Source of the DNA: Octopus vulgaris
Lineage: Eukaryota
Length of the DNA stretch: 64,000 bases
Direction: 5' to 3'
Assembly: GCA_951406725.2 (NCBI GenBank)
Contig: OX597826.1
Coordinates: 44,950,001 to 45,014,000, forward strand
The translations under genes and the position numbers were made by a program. Positions 28,263-42,010 of this stretch are shown piece by piece (position 1 is the first letter of the stretch; each line of letters begins with the position of its first letter). The notes below the pieces were generated by a model. The model was not told the DNA's origin. It made no database searches and saw only the letters and a list, made by a program, of their open reading frames with translations.

Positions 28263-29124
28263 ATAAGCATATACATCATAGAGATCGGATAATAAAGGAT
28301 ACAAGATATCACCTAATAACATAAAGAAGGGAGAGTGCCAGATCAGATATCGTTGTAAGCAACAGAGTATCCAGTTATCTATTAGTTAACTTTTTATTTT
28401 GTTTAATGGTTGTCGTGAATATTATTAGTTAATTTGAATGTATACATAGCAATTACATAGGTTAAAGTAGCACAATAGTCGTAGGTACGTTGGTTCAGAT
28501 GATATGTTCATTTATTATCTTTTGCAGTACAAATCATAGTTACTTAGTATAAAGGTTACTACTTATGAACAGAACTTAGTGGAAAGTGGGAAATGTCTTT
28601 GGAGTATGTAGGCTGCGATTTTATAGTTTAGATACGATCAGATATCGCAAATCGATAATTCCAGGTAAGACAAACTGTAAGATTCGTGCCTTCAATTATC
28701 ACGAGCTACACAAATAATGTTATCAGTATATGTAGAATAATTAGGAATGGAATTAATTGGAACATGAGAACGGAGAAGGCCTGTCAGAGGGTCGTGGAAA
28801 TCATTGGAGCTTCGGATTTACGTATGAGAAAAGTGGTGAAACTGACGTTGGTTAACCATTGCGTATAAACAAAATAGAGGTTATGTGATGCTTTTAAAAT
28901 ATTTAAAGGTACGGGTTACTTTATAGATAGATGAAAGAAGAAGGTCCAATTTATCATTAATTAAATTTTTACTGTTAATTCGCTTTAAAATTTCGTACAG
29001 ATCCATAAAGCATAGTCTACACGCGTATCTACTGTTAGAGTATGATTTTGTGACTCTAATTATACCCAGTTTCAAATCAGATCTAACGCTATCATCTTTG
29101 AGTTCCCAGATCTTCGTGGCTAAA

Positions 29125-29217
<93 letters not shown>

Positions 29218-29853
29218 ATTTTACCTGGTATTTCAGGATTAGGACATTTTCTTGATGAAATCTCTGGAGAAATGGTGCTGATAATTATCAAAGTAATGAT
29301 CATTGGTCTCCATTAATAATTTTAAATAACTTGCATTATGTTGGCTTCAAAAAATAATTGTGAACATATATGTAAATTCGTATGTATGTATGTATGTATG
29401 TATGTATGTATGTATGTATGTATGTATGTATGTATGTATGTATGTATGTATGTATGTATGTATGTGTGTGTGTGTATGTATGTATGTATGTATGTATGTA
29501 TGTATGTATATGAATGTATGCACATATGCTGGCTTGGAAGAGGAAAAGGGAGAAATAAAGATCAATACACGATTAGATATACTTGATTATTTTTAATAAG
29601 TGTATGGTACTTATCAGATTTCACAAGTGTAAATGCGAAGCACGAGACTCTCGGCTCTCAAGTCACTTTCATAACTTTCTGCTGATCAAAGCAAAATAAT
29701 AAGGTGTTTGTGTGTGTGTGTGTGTGAGTGAGTATGCGTGTGTATATGTATATATATATATATATATACATATTATATATATATATATGTATGTATGCAT
29801 GTATACACATACATATATATATGTATATACGTGCATATGTATATGCATATATG

Positions 29854-29890
<37 letters not shown>

Positions 29891-30867
29891 ATGTGCTTAT
29901 ACACAAATGTTGCAGGTGTTTATGTTCAAAGACTTAATGAAATAGAATTATTGAATGTCAACGCCTCCGTATTAAACTAGAAAGGAAACGAGAGAATCTG
30001 TACTTATATGGTACAGATCTGTAAAAGAAGGAAAATTAAATATGAAATAAGAATTGATGATACACTTTTACATATAGTAATAAATAATCTCACACATATG
30101 TCCATGCTCTCACACACGCATATATCTTTGTATGTAATTGTGAGACCGAGTGAATGTAAGTAGGTAATATAATCACGTGCTACATGATAGATATTTTAAA
30201 GCATCTAAACTCGAGGAACATTTCACTGGCTGTGCATTAAGAAATACGAAATTAAATTGATTAGAGTTCTAAGAGCGTTTAAGTGAATAAAATAGAACGA
30301 GAACGGAAGAGTTTAAAATATATAATAGAAAACGTATACGCATATATTACCATTTATCCGGGTCATTAGGAAATGAGTAGAGAAATGACAAAATGACGAT
30401 TGCATCTAGAAGAACATTCAGCATGCATGGGCAAGTGTTGAAACCTCTAGACAGACAAATCCAATATGTAAATATGCTAAAAATCAACATATTTGTATAA
30501 CAGTGTATATTTGTGTACATAAACGTGTACAGAAACGCATTCTAAATTACGCTTTCTTTTTGCATTGTCCAATTCCCTTATTCTTTCACGTGCATCCTCA
30601 CTCAACAAAACTATCATTTTCTAAACCTCTTCAGGTTTGTCACCACTCACATTCTAATAACTTTCTAGTCCTCAAATCGCTTATTCTACTGTCTGATAAG
30701 CCGTGCTGCCAGTGAAACATCGAAGATACACTCACTACTCACTTTATATTTCATATCAAATGTGTGTGTGTGTGTGTGTGTGGAGACTATCTCATTAAGA
30801 TATTGCTTTGTGTCTTCAGACTTGTGTATATATGTGTATATATATATGTATATATATATACACATAT

Positions 30868-30909
<42 letters not shown>

Positions 30910-30956
30910 CTACACATACACACACACATATACATATGTGTATATATATATATATA

Positions 30957-31346
30957 TTGCCGCACTTGCCCTTACCTCTCCAACACCCCCTCCTCACTAG
31001 CACCCATCATCGACCCTATCGCATCATCAACTCCTTCACCTGCACCTCCAGCAATATTATCTATTGCGTCTCTTGCTCTCTCTGCCATTCCTTGTACATC
31101 GGACAAACGGGACGCCGCTTGGCTGACCGGTTCGCGGAACACCTTCGTGACATCCACCTTGCGAACGACACACCGGTCTCACGCCATTTCCGCTCCACCG
31201 GTCACTCCTTGCAACACCTGTCTGTGTTCGGTTTGTCCTTACACAGAGGCCATCCGGATTCCCGTTTGCGCCGTGAACAGGAATTAATCTTCTCCCTTCG
31301 CTCTTATACGCCATTTGGTCTCAACTCTCCCCCCCTCCTCATCTAA
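30957..31346 (+). pseudogene. GIY-YIG endonuclease fragment (one frameshift)
   Basis: NIIY-x-YIG motif with the conserved R, H, E and N positions. Confidence 0.9.
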
Positions 31347-31669
31347 CAACTCTCCCCCCTCCTCACCTACTTTTCCCCCCCCGACCCCTACTTCTCTTCA
31401 GTCCTTCATCCTTTCACCCCTACTCCCTTCCCTTCTTCCCTCTTTCTCCCTCCCTCCCTCCTTCCCTCTTCCCCTTCCCTCTGCTCCCTCACTCCCCTTC
31501 TCACTCCCCCTCTCCCTCTTTCCTCCTTCCTCCTCCCCTCCACCCCCTTCCTTCTCTCCCCCCTCTCCCCCTCTCCTCCCCTTCTTCTCCCCCTCCCCCT
31601 CTTCTCTCTCCACACTACACCACACGACTTTACACATCACATCATATATGATGTGCCATACTAATACAT

Positions 31670-31735
31670 ACACCAACTAATACATACTAATACATACTAA
31701 TACATACTAATACATACTAATACATACTAATACAT
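31670..31735. repeat. 10-bp minisatellite (CTAATACATA)n
   Basis: About six tandem units inside the PLE UTR. Confidence 0.9.
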
Positions 31736-31982
31736 ACACCAACCCTATACATACACACGTCCAGACCTCCCATACGCACTAATACTCTCTCATACACACA
31801 CACACACACACACCCTTATGTTGGAGTAGGTCATTCAACCCTATTATTTCCCCTAATTTCGCTCTCGCGTCTCATGTTTGATCTTTGACTTCTGGCCGAA
31901 ATCAGATCGCCATGTTGATTCGTTAGTTACTGCACGCATATTTTTTTCTCTCCTTCTTTCTGTGTTTTTTTTTCTCTGTGTA

Positions 31983-32020
31983 TCTTTCTGTTGAAGAGCG
32001 TAGGCTCGAAACGTTAAAGA
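31983..32020 (+). ncRNA. Minimal hammerhead ribozyme motif, variant core CUGUUGA
   Basis: TCTTT-CTGTTGA-A-GAGC-GTAG-GCTC-GAAAC-GTT-AAAGA, with a 5-bp stem I and 4-bp stem II. Confidence 0.75.
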
Positions 32021-32139
32021 CTTGTTTTATTTATATTTCCTGAGCGCCATACTAATACAATTGTTTGTTTGTTTTCCACCTGCCTTCGTCTTTTGTCTAT
32101 TTTCATAAAGCTTCCCGTTATATAAATATAAATATACAT

Positions 32140-32298
32140 ATATACGACGGGCTTCTTTCAGTTTCCGTCTACCAAATCCACTCACAAGGCTTTGGTCGAA
32201 CCGAAGCTATAGTAGAAGATTCTAGCCCAAGGTGCCACGCAATCTGAAACCATGTGGTTGGTGAGGAAACTACTTACCACACAGCCACTCCTGCGCCT
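32140..32298 (-). mobile_element. SINE-B head
   Basis: Reverse complement of GGCGCAGGAGTGGCTGTGTGGTAAG...GAAAGAAGCCCGTCG. Confidence 0.85.
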
Positions 32299-32344
32299 AT
32301 ATATATGTATATGTATTTATATATATATATATACATATAAATAC

Positions 32345-32393
<49 letters not shown>

Positions 32394-32525
32394 ATGTATA
32401 CAGAAGTGCTCGTGTCCTAAAATTCTTCAGAATTTTCTTCCATGCAAGCTTTTTTTTCACCCAGTTGTCTACACACTATCATTTATAGCTTACATCCATT
32501 CTGATATCCGCCGATAAAAATACAT

Positions 32526-32576
<51 letters not shown>

Positions 32577-34145
32577 TATACGTGTGTGTGTGCGTGCGTG
32601 TGTGTGTATGTGTATATATTAGCATTTACACATATAAGTATCTTCAAATACACATGTGCATGCGTGTCTCTGTGTCTGTGTATGGTGGAGTGAAAGAGAC
32701 AGAGACAGAGAGAGAGACAGAGATAGACAACAAGGATTGTTAAGGAAGTATAAATATAATTTACGGTAAAGTAAATATATGACTCAAATATTTTTCATCG
32801 TGTTACGTATCAGTGCCACACTTTTTGCTTTATTAGTCTTCATTCAAAGAGATTCTGTCAAGTCAAATGCAGTTAAGAGAAACATAGAAAATAATGCTAA
32901 TATGGTTGGGTAGTGAAGAAGAAAAGGTAAATAGCGTTATAGTGACAAATCCGGAAATACGAGAGAGAGGGGGGAGAGGGAGAGGGGAGAGGGAGAAGAG
33001 GAAGAGAGGGAGAGAGAGGGGGATAGAATGATGGAGAGAGTGAGGGAGTGAGAGAGAGAGGGATGCTATATATGTATATATATGTAAGCGCTGCAAAAAG
33101 AGAAATCAAAAATTATTATAAAATCAATTGAAATAAAGATGATATAGACATACAAAAAAAAAAAAGAAAAACCAAGAAATAGAGAATTATAAATTTAATT
33201 TTGTGAAATGAATGATTATATAGAAAGAAAGCCGCAATGCAATATATAAAGAAAATATTGTCATGAAGTTAAAAGAACTTGAAGAAAATGAAACTTAGTG
33301 TCTGCAACGCATGTCTTTTCCCCTTTTGATCGTGAAAATTGTTCGTTAGCTTCCATTTTCTCTTTGATGTCTCTAAAAATGAATTGGATATAAAAACGAA
33401 ATAGGACAAATATTTCGTTTTAGCTATTGTTAAATCATGAAACAGCTGTCTGTGATGAATAGCTTTTTTGTAAAAATTGGATGAAGAGACAAAAGGCAAG
33501 AAGCGAACAGACAAACACATTTCACAGGGGTTCTTATTTTTTTTCAATGATTTTGTTTATCTTACTTATTGATTGTACACACAATCACACACATATTTAC
33601 ATGTATATGTGGCTGTGTATACATATATATATATAGCTGTATGTATATGTATATGTATGTATGTTTGTGCGTATGAATATGTGCGAATGTATATGTGTGT
33701 ATTGTCTGCTGGAAGCAAAGACAATAGAAGATAGATATTTCTCTTCCAGCTACTCGCCGTATTCGTTATATGGCTGTTGCAACAGAAAATAAGGACAGTG
33801 AAAGCAACAATATCATAATGCCTACCTGAATATTTTAAATATAATTATAGGAGAATATAACACACTCTCATGCACTAATCTCAGTTCAACTATAAGATCG
33901 ATCATTAAGGAAGAAACAGTTGTAAATCAATCACCATTCTTTTTATGATATATTTATTTCTAGATTTACAATATGTTCTACTACTTTTTTAAAAAATACG
34001 ACAGGGTTCGATTTAAATGTCCTTCTTTCTTTGTCTTTCAAAAAAAGCAACCATGTACGGAAACCTCTCCAGGCCGACCAAAGGCTCATGCGGTGTTTTA
34101 GAAGAAGCCTGCCGCATATATATATAATTTAATTGTTTTCCATAC

Positions 34146-34186
34146 TTAGGGTTGAAAAAGTCTCAGTGACTGAAACCGGTACTGAA
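34146..34186 (+). ncRNA. Degenerate hammerhead-like motif
   Basis: TTGAAAA-AGTC-TCAGT-GACT-GAAAC-CG-GTA-CTGAA. Palindromic ACCGGT stem III, but the CUGANGA box is decayed. Confidence 0.4.
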
Positions 34187-34238
34187 ATGTTCTTTTATAA
34201 AAATATTATAGCATTTTCTATCTTGACTTTTCTTTTAC

Positions 34239-34274
<36 letters not shown>

Positions 34275-34334
34275 ATGTGTGTGTGTGTGTATGCATGTGT
34301 GCGTGCGTGTGTGTGTGTGTGTGTGATTGTATTC

Positions 34335-34534
34335 TTTTATTCTTTTACTTGTTTGAGTCGTTTGACTGCGGTCAACCTGGACCACCACTTTAAAGGGTTT
34401 TAGTTGAAGAAATCGACACCAGGTTTTATTCTTTGTAAGCCTATATATATTCAATCGGTCTATTTTGCCAATCTATTGCGTTACGGAGACATAAACACAC
34501 CAGCATCGGTAGTCAAGCAATGACGAGGGAACAA

Positions 34535-34566
<32 letters not shown>

Positions 34567-34960
34567 ATGCACACACATATATATATATATACATTTGCGA
34601 TGGGCTTCTTTCAATTTCCATCTACCAAATCCACTCACAAGGCTTTGGTCGGCTCGAGGCTATAGTGGAAGACATGTGACCAAGGTGTCATGCAGTGAGG
34701 CTGAACCCAGAAACATATATATATATATATATATATGCATCTACGTACGTATATATGTCTTTGTGTCTGTCCCTCACTACCACTTGGCAGTCGGCGTTGG
34801 TTTGTTTATGCCCTTGTAAGCTTCCAGTTCGGCAAAAGTGAACGTTAGACTAAGTACTAGGCTTAAAAAAGAAAAGGGACTGATGCCGCTCGTTCGACTA
34901 AAACCATTCAAGGCACTGCTCCAGTATGCCGGCAATCCAGCGAATGAAACATGTAGAAGA
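34335..34960. mobile_element. Two diverged SINE-B pieces in opposite orientation
   Basis: 34335-34712 on the minus strand and 34755-34960 on the plus strand match SINE-B. Confidence 0.75.
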
Positions 34961-36935
34961 TAGATTAGTTCGCCCTACGACAAGTTATACGTGATAAAAC
35001 TTCGTTGATCTAGGTTGTAAGCGATGAAATCTAAATACATATATTTTCTTATTTGGGCAATGAACCCGTAACTTTTCGATAGAGATTTCATAAGATCTAA
35101 CGCAGTGTTTCTGCTGTTTCAATAACGAATACTGGTCTTTTAAACAACCATTGCGCGGTTGCTCAGTTGTAGGGAACCAGATTGTTAAGTTATATAAATT
35201 GTGATGATTTTATCCGTACCTTAACGGGATACGCTTTTTTCACACACAATAACTACATTACTTTGAACATTAAGAATCTGTGGTTTTCAATAAACTTCAA
35301 TCTATTTACAAATTCTTTTAACAATTTTCATGCTTAATGCCACATTTCTTGATGTTTTGTACTCGGTTATACTGAACTTAATATCAATAATGCCATACCT
35401 GTCTATGTAACTATTTTTAGTTATTTTATTTATATTTATTTATAGTTAACACGCTATAGTGTTCCTTTTCACAGTATGATATTGGAAATCACGAGTTAAA
35501 CAACGAGTCACGGTGACCTGGTGGTGTGTAGTTATTTATTTTTTGTTTCTTTTTTTTCTAATTTTTTTTTCTTCTTTCTTTCGCAATCATACACAGGATT
35601 ACGTTCTTTGATAGAATCTCCATCCAGCAATATCCAGGATAAAGGACGATGGCTGAAGTTAATGGAATGCCAAGGAGTTACCAATATTGATTGGTAAATG
35701 GACCTTGCTCGCCAGGATAAGGCAATTACAAGAACGTGGTATTGTCTCTTATATCTGTTCTTGGCAATTTGATTATTGACAACATTTTAGGAAGTTACAT
35801 TATATTAGCATACGAATAATAACGTTCAGTATCTATTCACTGAACACTTTAGGTTTATTTGCTGTTAGAGAGTAGTTTTTATACGGTTTGGTTCACAAGG
35901 AAATGCATATGTGTATGGTAGTCTGTGAGCAGGTTGGTTTCATTTTTCCAAACTCTTTTGAGATGGTAAGTGCATTAAACTATAATTGATTTTGAATAAT
36001 ATTTCAGCTTTCTTGGACCTTTAATGAGATGAAAAACTCTGAAAAAGCAGTGAGAAATTAAATTGGTTACAATGCAAAAAAAAAAAAAAATTAAATAAAT
36101 GCTTTGAAATAAAATAAAATAAATAAGAATAATTGAAAGAAAAATACTTTGTAATGAAATAAAATAAAAAAAATAAAGAAATGAATAAAAAATAGTGGAT
36201 GATTTATTGCCATCACATAAGGTAGAGATTTGAAATAAAACAGAAAAAGAATGATGAGATAATGGCTTAAACGTAAAGCAAAAACAAAACAAAAAACAGA
36301 AGAGAAAGAGGGGAGAGAGAGAAGGTGAGGGAGAAACAGAGAGGATGGAGAGAGAAGAAAAAATATTGTTTGTAAGTCAGAACACTTTGCAGATAATTCT
36401 CTGATGTAGCATCAGAACATGAAATCACGTACGTTTAGAGAAAAAAGTTAATTCCTTTTGGGATCGGTAATGGATACATTGTGGGTTTTAACTTGAACTG
36501 CAATTGTTGGTGGATAGTGAAAATGATGCAAGCGTGAGAAGCAATAGATTTATTAATTATCGACGAAATGATCCATAAACAGACTCTGAAAGCCTGAAAT
36601 GGTGGACTTCTATTAAAGAAAGAAAGAAAGAAAGAGATAAAGAATAGAAAGAAAGAAAGAAAAAAAGAAAAAGAAAGAAAACAGAAAAAAAAAAACATAT
36701 GAGTCAATAATTTCTTTGTTGATGACTGAATATTTATAAAAAAAAGTCCGCCTTGATTTGCTTTTTGAAATGTCAATAAAAAACAAACAAATAATTGTGA
36801 CCTTATTTAGTGTCATCACCAGACTAAGAAAATATTTATTGAATACGTACGGATATTTATGTGTGTGTGTGTGCGCGCGCGTGTGTATGTGTGTGTGTGT
36901 TGTACGTGTATGTATATATATATATATATATATAT

Positions 36936-36983
<48 letters not shown>

Positions 36984-37003
36984 GTGTACTTATATATATA
37001 TAT

Positions 37004-37034
<31 letters not shown>

Positions 37035-37230
37035 GGGAGAATTCACGAAAAAAAACCCAAAAGACGAAGACAGGTGGAGTAGAAAACAAACAGATGTATT
37101 AGTATAACGCTCGGGAATTGGAAAAGTCTTTAACGTTTCGTGCCTACGCTCTTCCACAGAAAGGAACACAGTAAGCAACAAGAAGAGAAACAAGGAGAGA
37201 AAAAATGTGTGTAGTGGCTAGCGATCTATC
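37035..37230 (-). mobile_element. PLE tail module HHR-1 (hammerhead motif 37128-37163)
   Basis: Reverse complement reads CTTT-CTGTGGA-A-GAGC-GTAG-GCAC-GAAAC-GTT-AAAG. Flanked by TA tracts. Confidence 0.8.
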
Positions 37231-37242
37231 ATGGGTAATATA

Positions 37243-37275
<33 letters not shown>

Positions 37276-37284
37276 CTTTTATCT

Positions 37285-37630
37285 TTCTACTTTTTATTTT
37301 TTTCAGTCATTATATTGCAGCCATGCTGGGACACCACCTTGCAGAATTTTAGTCGAACATATTGATTTCCGCACTTCCGATTTACAGACTGCTATTTATT
37401 CCATCGGTATATTTCGGCGAATCGTCAGATTAGGGAGATGTAAGAAGACCAACACGGGTTGTCATGCGGTGGCACGTAGACACACAGCGACACACACACA
37501 CACATAAATACACATGCATACCTGTATGTAGATACATGCACACAGATACACATGACAGACTTCTTTCAGTTCCCGTCAACCAACTCCACTCACAAAGCTT
37601 TGGTTACCACGTGACTATAGTAGAAGACAC
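37285..37630 (-). mobile_element. Diverged SINE-B
   Basis: Tail and CTTCTTTCAGTT...CCACTCACAAAGCTTTGG body. Confidence 0.7.
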
Positions 37631-38610
37631 TCATCCATCCTTCCACCCATCCATCCATCCATCCATCCATCCATCCATACATACAGACATACGAACATAC
37701 ATACACATACATACATACATACGTACATACATACATACATACACATACATACATACATACATACATACATACATACATACATACATACATACATGCAAAA
37801 TATTTGAAAATCTGTACACAAAATATGTGAAATTCGTATATTACCAGTGCAATCGGTTAGTGGGACAATAAAAATATACAAGAGTTTTCTCAAATTTCAA
37901 ATGTGAATTTGTCTGTGTTAATTATATCCCAAAGATGGAACCTTGTATCTTTGTTGGAAACCGGATCCCAACCTCAGAGGAAGATTTATAATATTTAAAA
38001 TATAGAGACGTTCATACATATATAATTTGGAATAGAGAAAAGTAACTGTTTACAGTTGTGGGAATCAGCTGCCCAGAGAGTTTTAACATAAAGCTTAAAA
38101 TCAGCGAAAAAGGAAATACCGATGCTGAACAATTGAGGAATCTAAAGGGGATATGTAACGCAGTGCCTAACTACAAATCTTAAGAAATTAAGCTTTTCAA
38201 AACCCGAAAGGGAAGAGTTGATTCGAAGACTACAGATCCAATCCATTACTGGAACTGGAAATGTCTGTAAAACTTGTAATTTTCTGTGCATATATATATA
38301 GATATTTCCAAACAAACAAGATTTTTAATGAAATCCTAATATTTTTAATGAACTTTTTAATATTTTCTCAGGATTTTTCCTTGTAAACTGTTTTTAACAT
38401 TTTCTTATTATTATCAAAAAATGTGTATATGTATTGTAATATTTTGTGACAACCAGTTCTTAACACAACAAAGCTTTTACATTTTACTTTTCACAATCTT
38501 TTTCTAAAATCTTTTTCTAAAAAAGTGAAACCGGGCAAGTGAATAAACATCTCTTAAAACCTTCTTTCATATATATTTCCACTCGTGCAGTACCTTGCAA
38601 CTTCACTTTG

Positions 38611-38669
<59 letters not shown>

Positions 38670-39619
38670 CATAGATATGCATGCACTCATGTACACACAT
38701 GCATATCTATAGAGACCCAATAAACCTTGCATAACATAATGAATGAATTAATCATATTCGTAGGAAACTTCAAATTAAAATCCACCGTAATTTCATGGCG
38801 GACCATAAATTTTATATGTAAAATTACTATTGAGATTACCCCTAAGTGGAGTACTGATATGACAGAAAGTGACACAATGAAAAACAGTGAGTATTGAATA
38901 CGTTAATAAGCCACTAAAGAAGCTCAGATTTAAAAAAATGAATTATTTCATATAGCAATGTAAATAAAATTAAATCAAATATGATAAATAATAATATGAC
39001 TACAATCCCCAAAAATAACATGACACTTGTGCAATATATTTCTACCCACTTAATTTATGTATTGCATTTATCATTTCATTAATATATGTAACCACATTGT
39101 ATATTCTAAGTTGTCTTATATCATGATATATCATACACTCTCCTTCCCGTTCTCCTTTTCATTCATTCCCCCCTTTATACATTACCCTGTCACACCATCC
39201 ATTCCTTGCTGGCTTTTATATGTAAGTTGTCTTTATTACAATTTTGAAAATATGCCAGGTGAAAACCAAGATAAACAGTGACTTAGAACTCTCTATACAC
39301 GTTTATTTATTTACACACATACATATATACATATATATATATAATATCTATTTATATGTATATATATGTTTATATGTATATAAACATGTATAAATATACA
39401 TATTCATTCATTATATATATATATATTCAAACTTAGACATTTGAACCCGTAAGACGCTGTCACCTTTTTTTTCATGGAAGAAAGAATTCTTGCTTAAAAT
39501 AAAATGGAGTGAAAAGGTGTCATAGTCAACTCTCGAGCGCTCTCTATTTGACTGACTGATGCATCCCATATTCCTTAGTTTTCTTCTGCATCAGATAACA
39601 AAAAATAAGCTCTTCTTAC

Positions 39620-41200
39620 CTGACTAGAATGCCAAGATTCTTTATATAGAAATCAATGATGGAGTTCCGCAATGTCAACACAGAGGAACTGGGCCTCCTA
39701 TTTAGACTGCCATATGACAATGAATATCTAGACATAAATGACCTTAGAAGATTCTGCCCAAGTAGACGTTTAAGAGGTATACCCCCACCACAATTACATC
39801 TATGGCTAGGAAGACTCCTATAGAAAGATGGAGCGGATGGACCAGAGCCATACGGATCCCCGAAAACGAATATCATGTAAAGAAAATGATCGCACATGCA
39901 CTAGGAGCTAGTATAATAGTTACCCTAAAAGGCCACACGTTTAAGTTTAACAATTAAATATACGCCCACAATGAGGGGGCAGCCATCGGGGTTAGTATCG
40001 CCGGTGATGTAGCCAACCTTTTCATGGTAAGGTGGAACAGAAGGCTTAAAGAACGCTTGACACAGAACTCCATACCCATGAATATGTACTCTCGCTATGT
40101 GGATGATATCAACATAGTGGTAAAGGCACCCGCACAAGAGAGTATTCTTGAAATAGAAATAGAAACTAATACTTTGGAGAGGATCCAACAAATAGCTAAG
40201 TCCATCCACTAGAGTATTATGGTCAAAGCAGACTACCCTACGAAACACCCTAACCATAGACTACCAGTACTACGTACAGAACTCTGACTAGAAACTGTAA
40301 ATAATAAAACCGAAATCCTCTATTCACACTATGCCAAACTTATGGCCTCCAAATATCTGATCCACCGGAACTCAGCTATCGCGGACAATGCAAAATTCAA
40401 TATATTGATGGCAGAACTCATCAGAGTAATGAGAAATGTGTCCCGCATGTGCGACCCTACAGAGTTAAAGAGACACATACAACACTACGTTCACCGCATG
40501 CAGTTCTCAGGATACAGCCATAGAGGAAGGAGCGATGAGGAAATTTGAAACTATCATACGTAACGATAGGGAATGGGATTTGCCCACTCTATAGGAGTAA
40601 GTCATAGAACACCATTCAAAGGAATAAGGAAAAAATTGGGATGGTCAACTCATGGTGTGATAGCCACAAATACCAGAGTGTCCTGTTCGTCGAAACCACC
40701 CATAGAAGCGAACTGGCGTACTACTTGAAAAGGGCCTTAGACAAATTTAAGCTAAGAATTAAGGTTGTTGAAAGGCCAGGTAAACTTATCAAATCCCTAA
40801 TCGGTAGAACCTGCCCCTTTAGTAGAACGCCCTGTACTGATAGGAACTGAATTGTAAGTAGTTTTAGTCCACAGACAAACTGTAAATGTAGGAATGTAGT
40901 CTATATTATAAGATGTACAGAGGGACGGTGCAGTAACAAGACAACGACGTTCGTAGGAGAGACATCATGGAGTATAGGAGAGCGGGTTAATGCGCATTGG
41001 AAGGAACTTAAGGAAGAGAAGAGCTCATCGGTTCTATACCAGCACGGCGAGCAGGAACACGAGGGCTCACTTAACAATATAGAAGTTAAAATCATGTCTA
41101 CACATAGAACAGACACAACGCTTAGACAAATTACGGAAGCCACACACATAATAGAAGATAAACAAAGCCTGAATAGAAAACTTTGAATGAAACACTAGCA
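39620..41200 (+). pseudogene. Penelope-like element RT plus C-terminal GIY-YIG, Naiad-like, degenerate
   Basis: FRNVNTEELGL..FCPSRR insertion, GAAIGVSIAGDVANLFM, RYVDD, DYPTKHPNHRLPVL, HYAKLMAS, SVLFVETT, IKVVERPG, NVVYIIRC..FVGETS..ER..H, LRQITEA, LNRK. Several stops and frameshifts. Confidence 0.9.
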
Positions 41201-41349
41201 CAACTATGACAGAATAAGATCCCCATAAACTGATAATAATATAAAAATGATACAATACACAAATAAATAAATTGAATTAAATAGCTATATACAGAAACAA
41301 ATTAAATTAAATTAATACAAAAAAGAAAGAAAATAAAAAGTAAGTAGAT

Positions 41350-41745
41350 AGGCGCAGGAGTGGCTGTGTGGTAAGTAGCTTGCTAACCAAACACATGGTT
41401 CCGGGTTCAGTCCCACTGCGTGGCATCTTGGGCAAGTGTCTTCTGCTGCAGCCCCGGGCCGACCAATGCCTTGTGAGTGGATTTGGTAGATAGAAACTGA
41501 AAGAAGCCTGTCGTATATATGTATATATATATATATGTATGTGTGTCTGTGTTTGTCCCCCTAGCATTGCTTGACAGCCGATGCTGGTGTGTTTACGTCC
41601 CCGTCACTTAGCGGTTCGGCAAAAGAGACCGATAGAATAAGTACTAGGCTTAAAAAGAATAAGTCCCGGGGTCGATTTGCTCGACTAAAGGCGGTGCTCC
41701 AGCATGGCCGCAGTCAAATGACTGAAACAAGTAAAGAAAAAAAAA
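41350..41745 (+). mobile_element. SINE-B, full-length
   Basis: tRNA-like head GGCGCAGGAGTGGCTGTGTGG..GGTTCAGTCCC, CORE-like CTTGGGCAAGTGTCTT, internal (TA)/(TG) tract, tail GACTGAAACAAGTAAA. Confidence 0.9.
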
Positions 41746-41966
41746 AGAGATATAACCGAATGAATAAAATAAATAAATGTAAATTAAACGAACGTGTATA
41801 AACTGGGGATACTGGTAATGCAGGTACATTCTCTCTCACACACACACTAAACATAGACACACACAGGGATATACACATGCGCAAATAAAGACACATACAA
41901 TAGGAATACAAAATAGCTGATCATTAGTAAGGAGAGACACACAAAAAAGAAAAAAAAAAAGCAAAG

Positions 41967-42010
41967 AACCACTGATGAGGTCACAGGAGTGTGACGAAAG
42001 AACTCTGGCT
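41967..42010 (+). ncRNA. Minimal type I hammerhead ribozyme with intact core
   Basis: CCA-CTGATGA-G-GTCACA-GGAG-TGTGAC-GAAA-G-AA-CTC-TGG, with a 6-bp stem II and a CUC cleavage triplet. Confidence 0.75.

Larger units (their letters stand above)
30957..32120 (+). mobile_element. 5'-truncated Penelope-like element (Neptune-like): GIY-YIG C-terminus, pyrimidine-rich UTR, HHR-1 tail
   Basis: CRTCP...FTCTSSNIIYCVSCSLC.SLYIGQTGRRLADRFAEH...VSRHF...RLRREQELIFSL..PFGLN. Both ends abut (TA)n. Confidence 0.9.

Noticed and set aside
30781-30825. Minus-strand CTGAAGA...GAGATAGTC hammerhead-like string
   Set aside because: Stem II does not pair and the GAAA box is absent.
41195-41270. SECIS candidate ATGAC...AAA...TGAT after the Naiad-like ORF
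   Set aside because: Spacing and helix II pairing do not fit a canonical SECIS.
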